A DNA stretch of 41,095 nucleotides from Anaerolineaceae bacterium. GTDB taxonomy: Bacteria > Chloroflexota > Anaerolineae > Anaerolineales > UBA11579. Under the pieces are notes generated by a model that saw only the letters and a program-made list of their open reading frames with translations, had not been told where the DNA came from and did not search any database. The translations under genes and the position numbers were made by a program. The stretch is from the NCBI GenBank assembly GCA_900299355.1, contig OMJR01000036.1, forward strand, positions 1 to 41,095. Reading direction: 5' to 3'. Of this stretch, positions 26,428 to 35,095 are shown piece after piece; the stretch's first letter is position 1; each line of letters begins with the position of its first letter.

Positions 26428-27659
26428 GCACCGCAACCCGCCGCGCACCGCGCAAGAAGCGCACCTTGCCGGTCATCAACCTGAACATTGATATCCCCTT
26501 GTTGGTGATTGTGGTCGTGTTGATAGTGCTCGGCCTGCTGATGGTTTATTCGGCCAGTTGGGATTTCTCGCTGGTCAATTATGACGATGCCACCCAGATG
26601 TTCCGCCGCCAGTTGTTCACGCTGACGGTTGGCATCGGCGCTTGCATCGTGACTAGCTTTATCGACTATCGCTACTGGCGCAAATATGCCGTGCCGTTGA
26701 TGTTCTTGATGGTGGTCGGTTTGTTGGGTGTGCTCATCCTCGGCGAGGTGCGCTACAACTCCCAGCGCGCGCTCAGCGCCGGCTCCTATATGCCAGGTGA
26801 GATTGCCAAAGTGGTCACGATTATGTATCTCTCGGTCTGGCTGCACGCCAAGCGCAACGAACTTAAGCAAGTCGGCATGGGCATTCTGCCTCTGGGTTTG
26901 ATGTTGGGCATCATTGCCGGCCTGATCCTGCTGCAACCCGACCTCAGCGCGGCGGCCACGATTGTGATGCTGGGCGGCATCATGTTCTTCCTGGCCGGCG
27001 GTGATTTGAAACAGATAGCCTATATGCTGGGCGGCGGTGCGCTGGCCGGTTGGCTGGTGGTCTCGGTCAGCGCTACCGGACGCGCGCGCATGGGCGCTTT
27101 CCTGCAAGCCTGGCAGAACCCGACCCAGGCCGATTATCACGTGCTGCGTTCCTTCGAAGCCTTTGTGAAGGGCGGCTGGTTCGGGGTCGGCATCGGCCAG
27201 GCGGATACCAAGCTCACCGGTTTGCCGGTGCCGCCGACTGACAGTATTTTCGCCGTGATTGGTGAGGAACTGGGCATCGTCGGCGCCTTCTTTGTGGTGG
27301 CTCTCTTTGCCCTGCTGCTGTGGCGCAGCCTGGTGATTGCCAAGCGCGCCCCGGATATGCTCGGTTCGCTGCTGGCGGCCGGCATCGGCCTGTGGATTGT
27401 TTTGGAAGCCTTTATCAACATGGCGGTGATCGTCAGCTTGCTGCCCTTCGCCGGCAATGCCTTGCCCTTTATTAGCTATGGCGGTTCCAGCCTGGTTGCA
27501 ACCCTGACCGCGATTGGCATTCTGATGAATGTCGCTCGCGTCAGCAACCGCGAGGAAGGCCGCCGTGAGAGGACCCTGGATGCGACTGCTCGTGGCCGCA
27601 GGGGCAAGCGGGGGTGGGGTGTATCCCGCGCTCGCCGTGCTGCAAGAGTTGGACGATGA
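26424..27659 (+). CDS. ftsW: SEDS-family peptidoglycan polymerase FtsW
   Basis: Multi-TM protein with PTDSIFAVIGEELG and LPFISYGGSS motifs. ATGA overlap with murD. The basic C-terminal tail overlaps murG. Confidence 0.9.
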   Translation: MSTATRRAPRKKRTLPVINLNIDIPLLVIVVVLIVLGLLMVYSASWDFSLVNYDDATQMFRRQLFTLTVGIGACIVTSFIDYRYWRKYAVPLMFLMVVGLLGVLILGEVRYNSQRALSAGSYMPGEIAKVVTIMYLSVWLHAKRNELKQVGMGILPLGLMLGIIAGLILLQPDLSAAATIVMLGGIMFFLAGGDLKQIAYMLGGGALAGWLVVSVSATGRARMGAFLQAWQNPTQADYHVLRSFEAFVKGGWFGVGIGQADTKLTGLPVPPTDSIFAVIGEELGIVGAFFVVALFALLLWRSLVIAKRAPDMLGSLLAAGIGLWIVLEAFINMAVIVSLLPFAGNALPFISYGGSSLVATLTAIGILMNVARVSNREEGRRERTLDATARGRRGKRGWGVSRARRAARVGR

Positions 27660-28674
27660 GTCCCTGGAGCTGCTCTGGGTGGGCGGCGAAGGTGGCATGG
27701 AAGAGGCGCTGGTGACCCGCGCCGGCTTCCATCTGACCACGCTGCCCGCCGCCGGGCTGCACGCCGTGGGTCTGCGTTCTCTGCCGGGCAACCTGTGGCA
27801 GCTCTTCCGCGGCTACCTGGCGGCGCGCAAGCTCATCCGTAAGTGGCAGCCGGACGTGCTGTTCTTCACCGGCGGCTTTGTGGCCGCTCCGGTGGCGCTG
27901 GCTGGTTTGCGGGTGCCCACCGCGGCCTTCGTGCCGGATATGAAGCCCGGCCGTGCGTTGCGCCTGGTCTCACTGTTTGCCGATCGCATTGCCGTGGTCA
28001 GCGAAGAATTGGCGCGCTTTTTCCGCCACCCCGAACGGCTGGTGGTCACCGGCTACCCGCTGCGCAAAGAGTTCACCGGCTGGACCCGCGAACAGGGCCG
28101 CGCCGAATTCGGCCTGGCCGCCAAGAAGAAGACCCTGCTGGTCTTCGGCGGCAGCAAGGGCGCCCAATCGATTAACCGCGCCTTGCTGGCCATCCTGCCG
28201 GACTTGTTGGACCACATGCAAATTATTCATGTCACCGGCGAAGCCAATTGGCCCGAAGTCGAAGCCGCCCGTGAGGAATTGACCGGTGAGCAACGCAAGA
28301 ACTATTTTCCTCATCCGTACCTGCACGAGACCATGGGGGCTGCCTTTGCCGCCGCCGATTTGGCGCTGGCGCGCGCCGGCGCCAGCACCCTGGGCGAACT
28401 GCCCGCCTTTGGGCTGCCCGCCATCCTGGTGCCGCTGCCGCACGAGACCAACATGGTCCAGCACCACAACGCGGCCCAGCTGCGCGCCAGCGGCGGCGCC
28501 ATCGTGATGGACGATGCCGACATGTTGACTCATTTACAGGATGCGGTCATAGACTTGATGACCAATGACGTGCGCCGCGCGGAGATGGCCACCGCCATGC
28601 GCGCCCAGGCGCTGCCGAACGCCAGCCAGCGCATCGCCGAGATGCTGCGCCAGATGGGACGGGAGGCGGCGTGA
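27580..28674 (+). CDS. murG: UDP-GlcNAc--lipid I GlcNAc transferase
   Basis: MRLLVAAGASGGGVYPALAV N-terminus and FGGSKGAQSIN motif. GTG 27565 and the track start 27529 are alternatives. Confidence 0.9.
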   Translation: MRLLVAAGASGGGVYPALAVLQELDDESLELLWVGGEGGMEEALVTRAGFHLTTLPAAGLHAVGLRSLPGNLWQLFRGYLAARKLIRKWQPDVLFFTGGFVAAPVALAGLRVPTAAFVPDMKPGRALRLVSLFADRIAVVSEELARFFRHPERLVVTGYPLRKEFTGWTREQGRAEFGLAAKKKTLLVFGGSKGAQSINRALLAILPDLLDHMQIIHVTGEANWPEVEAAREELTGEQRKNYFPHPYLHETMGAAFAAADLALARAGASTLGELPAFGLPAILVPLPHETNMVQHHNAAQLRASGGAIVMDDADMLTHLQDAVIDLMTNDVRRAEMATAMRAQALPNASQRIAEMLRQMGREAA

Positions 28675-29189
28675 TTACCCTCAATGCCATCTTCTGGATG
28701 TTCGTCTTTATGTTCGCCGTGGTCGGCGCCATGCGCGGCTGGGCCAAGGAATTGCTGGTTACCTTCAGCGTGATATTGGGGATCTTCATTATCGTGCTGA
28801 TGGAACAGTTCATCCCCTTTATGAATGTCTTCCTACTGGAGGGTGGGGCGGAGCGCCAGTTCACCACCCGCGCCGTCATCATCGCCGCCATGATTATCTT
28901 TGGCTACCAGACGCCCAACATCCGCCGCCTCTCCGAAGTGCTGGTGCGCGAAAGCTTCCAGGACTCGCTGCTGGGCATCTTCATCGGCGCGATAAACGCC
29001 TACTTTATTTTTGGCTCGCTCTGGTATTACCTGCACCAATTGGGCTATCCCTTTGAGTGGGTGCAGCAGCCGGTGGACCCCGCCGCGCTCGAATTCCTGG
29101 CCTATTTGCCGCCGGCCTGGCTGGGCATCCCCGCCATTTACTTTGCGGTGGCGATTTCCTTCATTTTTGTGGTGGTGGTGCTGATATGA
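28671..29189 (+). CDS. CvpA-family integral membrane protein
   Basis: Four TM helices. N-terminal VVGAMRGWAKELL resembles the CvpA (S/A)xxRGFxRE motif. GGGAGG SD. GTGA overlap with murG and ATATGA overlap with murC. Confidence 0.6.
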   Translation: MITLNAIFWMFVFMFAVVGAMRGWAKELLVTFSVILGIFIIVLMEQFIPFMNVFLLEGGAERQFTTRAVIIAAMIIFGYQTPNIRRLSEVLVRESFQDSLLGIFIGAINAYFIFGSLWYYLHQLGYPFEWVQQPVDPAALEFLAYLPPAWLGIPAIYFAVAISFIFVVVVLI

Positions 29190-30559
29190 GCGTCACCCAT
29201 TTCATCGGCATTGGCGGCACCGGTATCTCGGCCATCGCGCGCGTCCTGCTTGAACGCGGCGAGACTGTAACCGGCTCTGACCGCCAGGATTCACCGTTGG
29301 CCGAGATGTTGCGCCAGGTCGGCGTGCGCATAGCCATTGGGCATGCCGCTGAAAATGTGAACGGCGCCGAGCGCGTTATCCGCTCCTCGGCCGTGCCGGA
29401 TGACAACGTGGAAGTGCAGGCCGCCCGCGCCAAGGGCATCCCGGTGCTCAAGCGCGCTGATTTTCTTCAGGACTTGCTGTCCGAACAGGACACGATTGCG
29501 ATTGCCGGTTCGCATGGCAAAACCACCACCACCGGCATGGTGGCCTGGATGTTGAGCGCGCTGGACCAGGACCCCGGCTACATCATTGGCAGCGTGGCCC
29601 CCAACCTGGGTGGTAACGCCGCTGCCGGGGCAGGACGCTATTTCGTGATTGAGGCCGACGAATACGATTACATGTTCCATGGCCTGCACCCAGCGCTGGC
29701 GCTGGTCACCAATGTGGAGCATGACCATCCGGATTTCTTCAAAACCCCGCAAGACTTTGTGGCCGCTTTCCAGGGCTTTGTCGACCGGGTGAAGGACGAT
29801 GGCGCGCTGATTGTATGCGTGGACGACCCGGGCGCCGCCTCCTTGGGCGAATATGCTCGCAGCCGGGGCATCCGCGTGGTCAGCTATGGCTTCACCGCTG
29901 GCGCGGAGTACAGCGCCGTGGGCCTGGAGGCCGGGGAGCGCGGCTTCAACGCTAGCGTCGTCAAAGGCCAGGCGGAACTGGCCCAACTGCATCTGCAGGT
30001 GCCGGGCGCGCACAATGCCCAGAATGCCCTGGGGGCTCTGGTGGTGGCCGACCAATTGGGCCTGAATGTGGCCAAAGCGGCTTTGGCGCTGGACTCTTTT
30101 CAGGGCACCGGGCGGCGCTTCGAGTTGCGCGGCGCGGCGGCCGGCGTGCTGGTGGTCGACGATTACGCCCACCATCCCACCGAGATTCGCGCCGTGCTGG
30201 CCGCTGCGCGCTCGCAGTTCCCTGAGCGCCGCGTGTGGGCCGTCTGGCAGCCGCACACCTACTCGCGCACCTTGACCCTCCTAGATGATTTTGGCGCTGC
30301 CTTTGGCGATGCGGGGCGGGTGGTGGTGCTGCCGGTTTATGCCGCCCGTGAGCAGGCGCCCGACGGTTTCGAATACGACCAGGTGCTGCATGCCGTGCAG
30401 CACGAGCACGTTCATGGCATGGCCGATTTCGACGACGCCTTGCAATTATTTGCCGATGAACTCGATGAAGGCGACCTGGTGCTGATAATGAGCGCCGGGG
30501 ACGCCATCCATTTGAGCGAGCGCTTGTTCGCCCAGTTGGAAGTGAAGGAGCAAGCATGA
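29186..30559 (+). CDS. murC: UDP-N-acetylmuramate--L-alanine ligase
   Basis: HFIGIGGTGISAIA, IAGSHGKTTTT and VEADEYD. The track start 29057 would overlap the membrane gene. Confidence 0.93.
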   Translation: MSVTHFIGIGGTGISAIARVLLERGETVTGSDRQDSPLAEMLRQVGVRIAIGHAAENVNGAERVIRSSAVPDDNVEVQAARAKGIPVLKRADFLQDLLSEQDTIAIAGSHGKTTTTGMVAWMLSALDQDPGYIIGSVAPNLGGNAAAGAGRYFVIEADEYDYMFHGLHPALALVTNVEHDHPDFFKTPQDFVAAFQGFVDRVKDDGALIVCVDDPGAASLGEYARSRGIRVVSYGFTAGAEYSAVGLEAGERGFNASVVKGQAELAQLHLQVPGAHNAQNALGALVVADQLGLNVAKAALALDSFQGTGRRFELRGAAAGVLVVDDYAHHPTEIRAVLAAARSQFPERRVWAVWQPHTYSRTLTLLDDFGAAFGDAGRVVVLPVYAAREQAPDGFEYDQVLHAVQHEHVHGMADFDDALQLFADELDEGDLVLIMSAGDAIHLSERLFAQLEVKEQA

Positions 30560-30717
30560 TTAAGACCGAGGAGAAGAGCAAGACCGTGTTGACGCCCTTT
30601 GTGGTGGCCCACGCCGAAGAGAACGGCGCCGGCAAACGCGCCGGCAAGCGCACCACCAAAGAGGATGCCACCAAGGACGTGCTCAAGCGCGTCGTGAAGC
30701 GCGTCAAGAAGCTCTGA
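30556..30717 (+). CDS. Small basic protein, 53 aa (not in ORF track), hypothetical
   Basis: ATG 30556 overlaps the murC TGA (ATGA), and TGA 30715-30717 overlaps the murB ATG (TGATG). GAAGGAG SD at 30544-30550. 47 of 53 codons end in G/C. Confidence 0.55.
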   Translation: MIKTEEKSKTVLTPFVVAHAEENGAGKRAGKRTTKEDATKDVLKRVVKRVKKL

Positions 30718-31649
30718 TGACCGTGATGGCTGCCACGCTGCCGTTGGATACCCTGCGCCGAACCTTCGGCGAGCGCCTGCGCGAGGACGTGCCCCTGGCG
30801 CGTTATACCTCTGCGCGCGTGGGTGGGGCAGCGGACGCCTTGCTGGAAGTGGCCACCGTGGACAAACTGGCCGCCACCATCCAGCAGCTGTGGGAGCTGG
30901 ATGTGCCTTTCATCATGCTGGGCGGCGGCTCCAACGTGCTGGTCAGTGAGCGCGGCGTGCGCCAGGTGGTGGTGCTCAACCACGCCAAGCAAGTGCGCTT
31001 TGATGAGGATGCGCCCAGCGTGTGGGCTGCCTCGGGCGCCAACCTGGGCGGCATCGCCCGCCAGGCGGCAGCTAAGGGACTGGGCGGCTTGGAATGGGCG
31101 GCGGGTATCCCTGGTACTGTCGGCGGGGCGGTCTACGGCAACGCCGGCGCGCACGGTGGCGACTTGGCCGGTAACCTGGAGTTGGCAGACATCTTGCATC
31201 GTGATAAGGGCAAACAGAGCCTGACTGCGCATAACCTACAGTTCAGCTATCGCGGTTCAGGGCTCAAAAACCAACCCGGCGAAGTCGTAGTGCTCAGCGC
31301 GACGCTGCGTTTGGAACACAAGGCCAAAGAAGATATTCAGGCTTTGATGGATAGTTTTTTGGCCCACCGGCGCGGCACCCAACCACCCGGGGCCAGCATG
31401 GGTTCCATGTTCAAGAACCCGGATGGCGATTTTTCCGGGCGCTTGATTGAGGCGGTGGGCCTGAAAGGCAAGCAAATCGGGCAAGCCCAGATTAGCCCGC
31501 TGCATGGCAACTTTTTCCTCAACCTGGGCAAGGCCAGCGCCGATGATGTATACGCACTCATCCAATTGGCCCAGGAAAAAGTGGCGGCCGAACAGGATAT
31601 TGAGTTGGAGTTGGAAGTGCAGTTAGTTGGCGACTGGGGGCGCGCTTAG
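30717..31649 (+). CDS. murB: UDP-N-acetylenolpyruvoylglucosamine reductase
   Basis: ARYTSARVGGAAD FAD-binding N-terminus and GSMFKNP motif. ATG 30726 is an alternative start. Confidence 0.9.
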   Translation: MTVMAATLPLDTLRRTFGERLREDVPLARYTSARVGGAADALLEVATVDKLAATIQQLWELDVPFIMLGGGSNVLVSERGVRQVVVLNHAKQVRFDEDAPSVWAASGANLGGIARQAAAKGLGGLEWAAGIPGTVGGAVYGNAGAHGGDLAGNLELADILHRDKGKQSLTAHNLQFSYRGSGLKNQPGEVVVLSATLRLEHKAKEDIQALMDSFLAHRRGTQPPGASMGSMFKNPDGDFSGRLIEAVGLKGKQIGQAQISPLHGNFFLNLGKASADDVYALIQLAQEKVAAEQDIELELEVQLVGDWGRA

Positions 31650-31713
31650 CAAAGAGGTCGGCCCTCAGGTCCTGCTGGGATTTGAGGAGCGGCGTTTTTG
31701 CCGTGAAGGAACG

Positions 31714-32826
31714 ATGATGACGAAGAAGCTCAACATAGGGGTGATGTTTGGCGGCCGCTCCGGCGAGCATGCGGTGTCGCTGATGTCGGCGCGCTTTGTG
31801 CTCAGCCAGTTGGACCCAGCCAAGTACGCCATCACCCAAATTGGCATCACCCGCGACGGTCGCTGGTGGGTGGGCGAAGATGTGCTCTCGGCGTTGGACG
31901 CTGAGGATACCGCCAGCCTGCACGCGGCTACCCTGCTGCCCGACCCGACCCGTGGCGGCCTCAAGCAGATTGGCGAGGATGAACGCCTGGCGACCCTGGC
32001 TGAATTGGATGTCATCTTCCCCGTATTGCACGGCACCTTTGGCGAGGACGGCACTCTGCAAGGTCTGTTCGAGATGGCCGGTGTCGCCTATGTCGGCGCG
32101 GGGGTGCTGGGGTCCTCGGTGGCGATGGACAAGGCCGTGTTCTTTGATTTGATGCGTGCCCATGATATTCCCGTGGTGGATTCGGTGCTGGTGCTGCGCA
32201 GCGAGCTGCAGGCCGACCCGGATGCGGTGTTGGACCATGTTGAGCAGTTGGGGTCTTATCCGCTCTTTGTCAAGCCGGCCAATTTGGGTTCTTCGGTTGG
32301 TGTCAGCAAGGTCACCAGCCGGTCTGACCTGGTCGAGGGCCTGATGGAAGCGGCCCAGTATGACCGGCGCGTCATCGTTCAGCGCGGCCACAATGTGCGC
32401 GAGATTGAAATCAGCGTGCTGGGTAACGACCAGCCCGAAGCCTCCGTGCCCGGCGAAATAGTGCCCGGCGCTGAGTTTTACAGCTACGAGTCGAAATATC
32501 ACGATGACCGCTCGGTCTCGCATATCCCCGCTGACATTACCGCCGAGCAGGCTGCCCAGGTCACAGAGATTGCCATTCGGGCCTACAAGGCCTGTGATTT
32601 GGCCGGCATGGCCCGCGTGGATTTCTTTGTGGATAAGGACAACGGCGCGGTCTTGCTCAACGAAATTAACACCATTCCAGGGTTCACCCGGATCAGCATG
32701 TATCCCATGCTGTGGCAGGCCAGCGGCCTGGAAGGGCCCCAACTGGTGGACCGCCTGATTGCATTAGCGTTGGAGCGCCAGGCGGACCGCCAGGCCACCA
32801 CTCACGAGTTCCGGAGAGGCAACTAG
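31714..32826 (+). CDS. ddl: D-alanine--D-alanine ligase
   Basis: VMFGGRSGEHAVS, LHGTFGEDGTLQGLFE, and ATP-grasp C-terminus EINTIPGFT. GAAGGA SD before ATG 31714. Confidence 0.93.
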   Translation: MMTKKLNIGVMFGGRSGEHAVSLMSARFVLSQLDPAKYAITQIGITRDGRWWVGEDVLSALDAEDTASLHAATLLPDPTRGGLKQIGEDERLATLAELDVIFPVLHGTFGEDGTLQGLFEMAGVAYVGAGVLGSSVAMDKAVFFDLMRAHDIPVVDSVLVLRSELQADPDAVLDHVEQLGSYPLFVKPANLGSSVGVSKVTSRSDLVEGLMEAAQYDRRVIVQRGHNVREIEISVLGNDQPEASVPGEIVPGAEFYSYESKYHDDRSVSHIPADITAEQAAQVTEIAIRAYKACDLAGMARVDFFVDKDNGAVLLNEINTIPGFTRISMYPMLWQASGLEGPQLVDRLIALALERQADRQATTHEFRRGN

Positions 32827-32827
32827 T

Positions 32828-33793
32828 ATGGCCAGTGGCGAAGGCATGTTCCGCCGTTCCGAATCTGTGCGCGCCCGCCGCACCCAGCGCCGGGTGGAGA
32901 AGCCGGCCGTGAAGCGCGCTGAATACAGCCGCTCGCGCGAGGTGCCGCGCATGGTCAGCCGCAACGCGGCCATGGAGCAGCAAATGCGCCAGGGTGGCTC
33001 GCGCGTCGCCGCGCGCCGCCGCCGCACGCTGCAGCTGGCCTCCGAGGGCGCCGAATTGCGCTTGCCGGCCCTGCCGTCGGTGCATATTGGCTGGCGCATG
33101 GTCTCGGCTGGCCTCGTGCTGGTGATGAGCCTCTTGCTCTATATGATTTGGAGTTCGACCGGCTTCCTGGTGAGCCGCGTGGAACTGGCGGGCGTGCAGC
33201 GCCTGGATGCGCAGGATGTGAACAGCGTCTTAGGCGTGGCGGGCGCCTCGGTCTTTGAGATGGTGCCGGCGCAGATTGAGGAGCAATTGCTGGCCAACTT
33301 CCCCGAGATTGCCAGTTTGGACGTCAAAGTCGGTTTCCCGGCGCGCGTTATTGTCGAAGCGGTGGAACGTAGCCCCGTCATCCAGTGGGAGCAGGCTGAT
33401 ATCTCCGTCTGGCTGGACGAGAACGGCATCGCCTTTGTGCCTCAGGGCGAGGCCGCCGGCTTGGTGACGGTGCAAGCCCTGGAAGCGCCGCCCGCGCTGG
33501 AGGGGGAGCACTTCGCCCGCCACCAGCTTATTCGCCCCGAAATGATTGAGGCGATTGCCCAACTCAGTTTGCACGTGCCCGAGGGCGCGACCCTGATTTA
33601 TGACGCCGAACTGGGCTTCGGCTGGAATGACCCAGCCGGCTGGCAGGCTTTCTTCGGCCAGGATGGAAAAAACATGGCACAGCGCATAGCCGTATACCAA
33701 TCCCTGCTGGCCGAGCTGGATGGCCGCCGATTGGTGCCTACTTTGATTAGCGTGGCGCAATTACATGCGCCATACTACCGCTTGGACTATTAA
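32828..33793 (+). CDS. ftsQ: Cell-division protein FtsQ (POTRA domain) with Arg-rich N-terminal extension
   Basis: Single TM (VSAGLVLVMSLLLYMIW) followed by a POTRA-like VSRVELAGVQRLDAQDV. The position between ddl and ftsA is typical. Confidence 0.8.
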   Translation: MASGEGMFRRSESVRARRTQRRVEKPAVKRAEYSRSREVPRMVSRNAAMEQQMRQGGSRVAARRRRTLQLASEGAELRLPALPSVHIGWRMVSAGLVLVMSLLLYMIWSSTGFLVSRVELAGVQRLDAQDVNSVLGVAGASVFEMVPAQIEEQLLANFPEIASLDVKVGFPARVIVEAVERSPVIQWEQADISVWLDENGIAFVPQGEAAGLVTVQALEAPPALEGEHFARHQLIRPEMIEAIAQLSLHVPEGATLIYDAELGFGWNDPAGWQAFFGQDGKNMAQRIAVYQSLLAELDGRRLVPTLISVAQLHAPYYRLDY

Positions 33794-33794
33794 G

Positions 33795-35027
33795 ATGAGT
33801 GCTCCTATTGTCGTCGGCATTGATATCGGCACCACCAAGGTGTGCACCGTCGTGGCTCGCATGGAGAACGACGGTCGCGTGCGTGTGTTGGGCGTGGGCA
33901 TTGAGCCCGCCCAGGGCATCCGCAAAGGCACCGTGGTGGACATCAATGCCGCCACCCGCGCGATTGCCCACTCGATTGACAAGGCTGAACGCAGCTCCGG
34001 CTTGGAAATAACCTCCGCGCTGGTCAGCGTCGCCGGTTCGCATGTCGAGTCGATTAACAATCGCGGCGTGGTTGGCGTGTCTAACCAGGTGATTGACCAC
34101 CAGGACGTGGAACGCGCCATGGATAACGCCCGCGCGGTAAATATCCCCCACAACCGCGAAGTGGTACACGTGATTCAGCGCGATTTCACCGTGGATGGCC
34201 AAGATGGCATCAGCATGCCGATTGGCATGCACGGCTACCGCCTGGAAGTTGAGGCCCACATCATCACTGCCGCTGCATCCACCGTCGATAACCTGCGCCA
34301 ATGTGTGGCCGAATCCGGGGTGAGCGTCAGCCAGTTTGTGCTCAATCCGCTGGCTTCGGCCGAAGCGGTGCTCACCGAGGAAGAACGCAATATGGGCGTC
34401 ATCATTTGCGACATCGGCGGCGGCACCACTGATATGGCCATCATGATTGAGGGCGAAGTGTGGCACACCATGGTGCTGCCGGTGGGCGGTAACCATGTCA
34501 CTTCCGACATCGCCCATGGCTTGCGGCTGCCCTTTTCGCAGGCCGAAGAAATCAAAATTCGCTACGGGCATTGCCTGCCCGCTGAAGTTGCTCGCGACGA
34601 GAACTTTCGTGTAAAGTCCTTCGGTAGCGAGGAGCAGGTGATCCTCAACCGGCACGAGATGAGCCAAATCATCGAAGACCGCGTGGAGGAGATTTTCAAC
34701 CTGATGCTGCAGGAGATTAAACGCTCCGGTTTCGACGGCTTGCTGCCGGCTGGCATGGTGATTACCGGCGGCACCAGCGCGCTGAAGGGCTTGCCCGATT
34801 TGGCCCGCAACGTGCTGCAGATGCCGGTGCGCCTGGGCCACCCCGCGAACCTGACCGGCATGGTGGACAAGCTGCAATCGCCGGCTTACTCCACCAGCGT
34901 GGGCCTGGTGCTGTGGGCGATGCTGATGAGCGAGGTCGACCCGCAGCGCCACATTCAGAACAACCACGACGGCCAGGGCGTTGACTGGGACCGCGTGAAG
35001 GATTTATTCAAACGGTTTTTGCCGTAA
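33795..35027 (+). CDS. ftsA: Cell-division protein FtsA
   Basis: VGIDIGTTKV actin-fold phosphate 1, DIGGGTTD and ITGGTSALKG. The ATG immediately follows the ftsQ TAA. Confidence 0.93.
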   Translation: MSAPIVVGIDIGTTKVCTVVARMENDGRVRVLGVGIEPAQGIRKGTVVDINAATRAIAHSIDKAERSSGLEITSALVSVAGSHVESINNRGVVGVSNQVIDHQDVERAMDNARAVNIPHNREVVHVIQRDFTVDGQDGISMPIGMHGYRLEVEAHIITAAASTVDNLRQCVAESGVSVSQFVLNPLASAEAVLTEEERNMGVIICDIGGGTTDMAIMIEGEVWHTMVLPVGGNHVTSDIAHGLRLPFSQAEEIKIRYGHCLPAEVARDENFRVKSFGSEEQVILNRHEMSQIIEDRVEEIFNLMLQEIKRSGFDGLLPAGMVITGGTSALKGLPDLARNVLQMPVRLGHPANLTGMVDKLQSPAYSTSVGLVLWAMLMSEVDPQRHIQNNHDGQGVDWDRVKDLFKRFLP

Positions 35028-35095
35028 GCGCTTAGAACGCAATGAAGGACCAGGAGACATCGAACCTGTTTAATTGGAGGAACATGGAGGAAGGT

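Noticed and set aside
26367-27791. 474-aa - strand ORF antisense to ftsW/murG
   Set aside because: This is a high-G+C artefact of the same kind. The sense strand carries the conserved SEDS and MurG motifs, and the antisense product has no recognisable motif and is very rich in A/Q/G/H.
29961-31232. 423-aa - strand ORF antisense to murC, the small ORF and murB
   Set aside because: Its Arg/Pro/Ala-rich composition is typical of an antisense frame; the sense genes are well supported.
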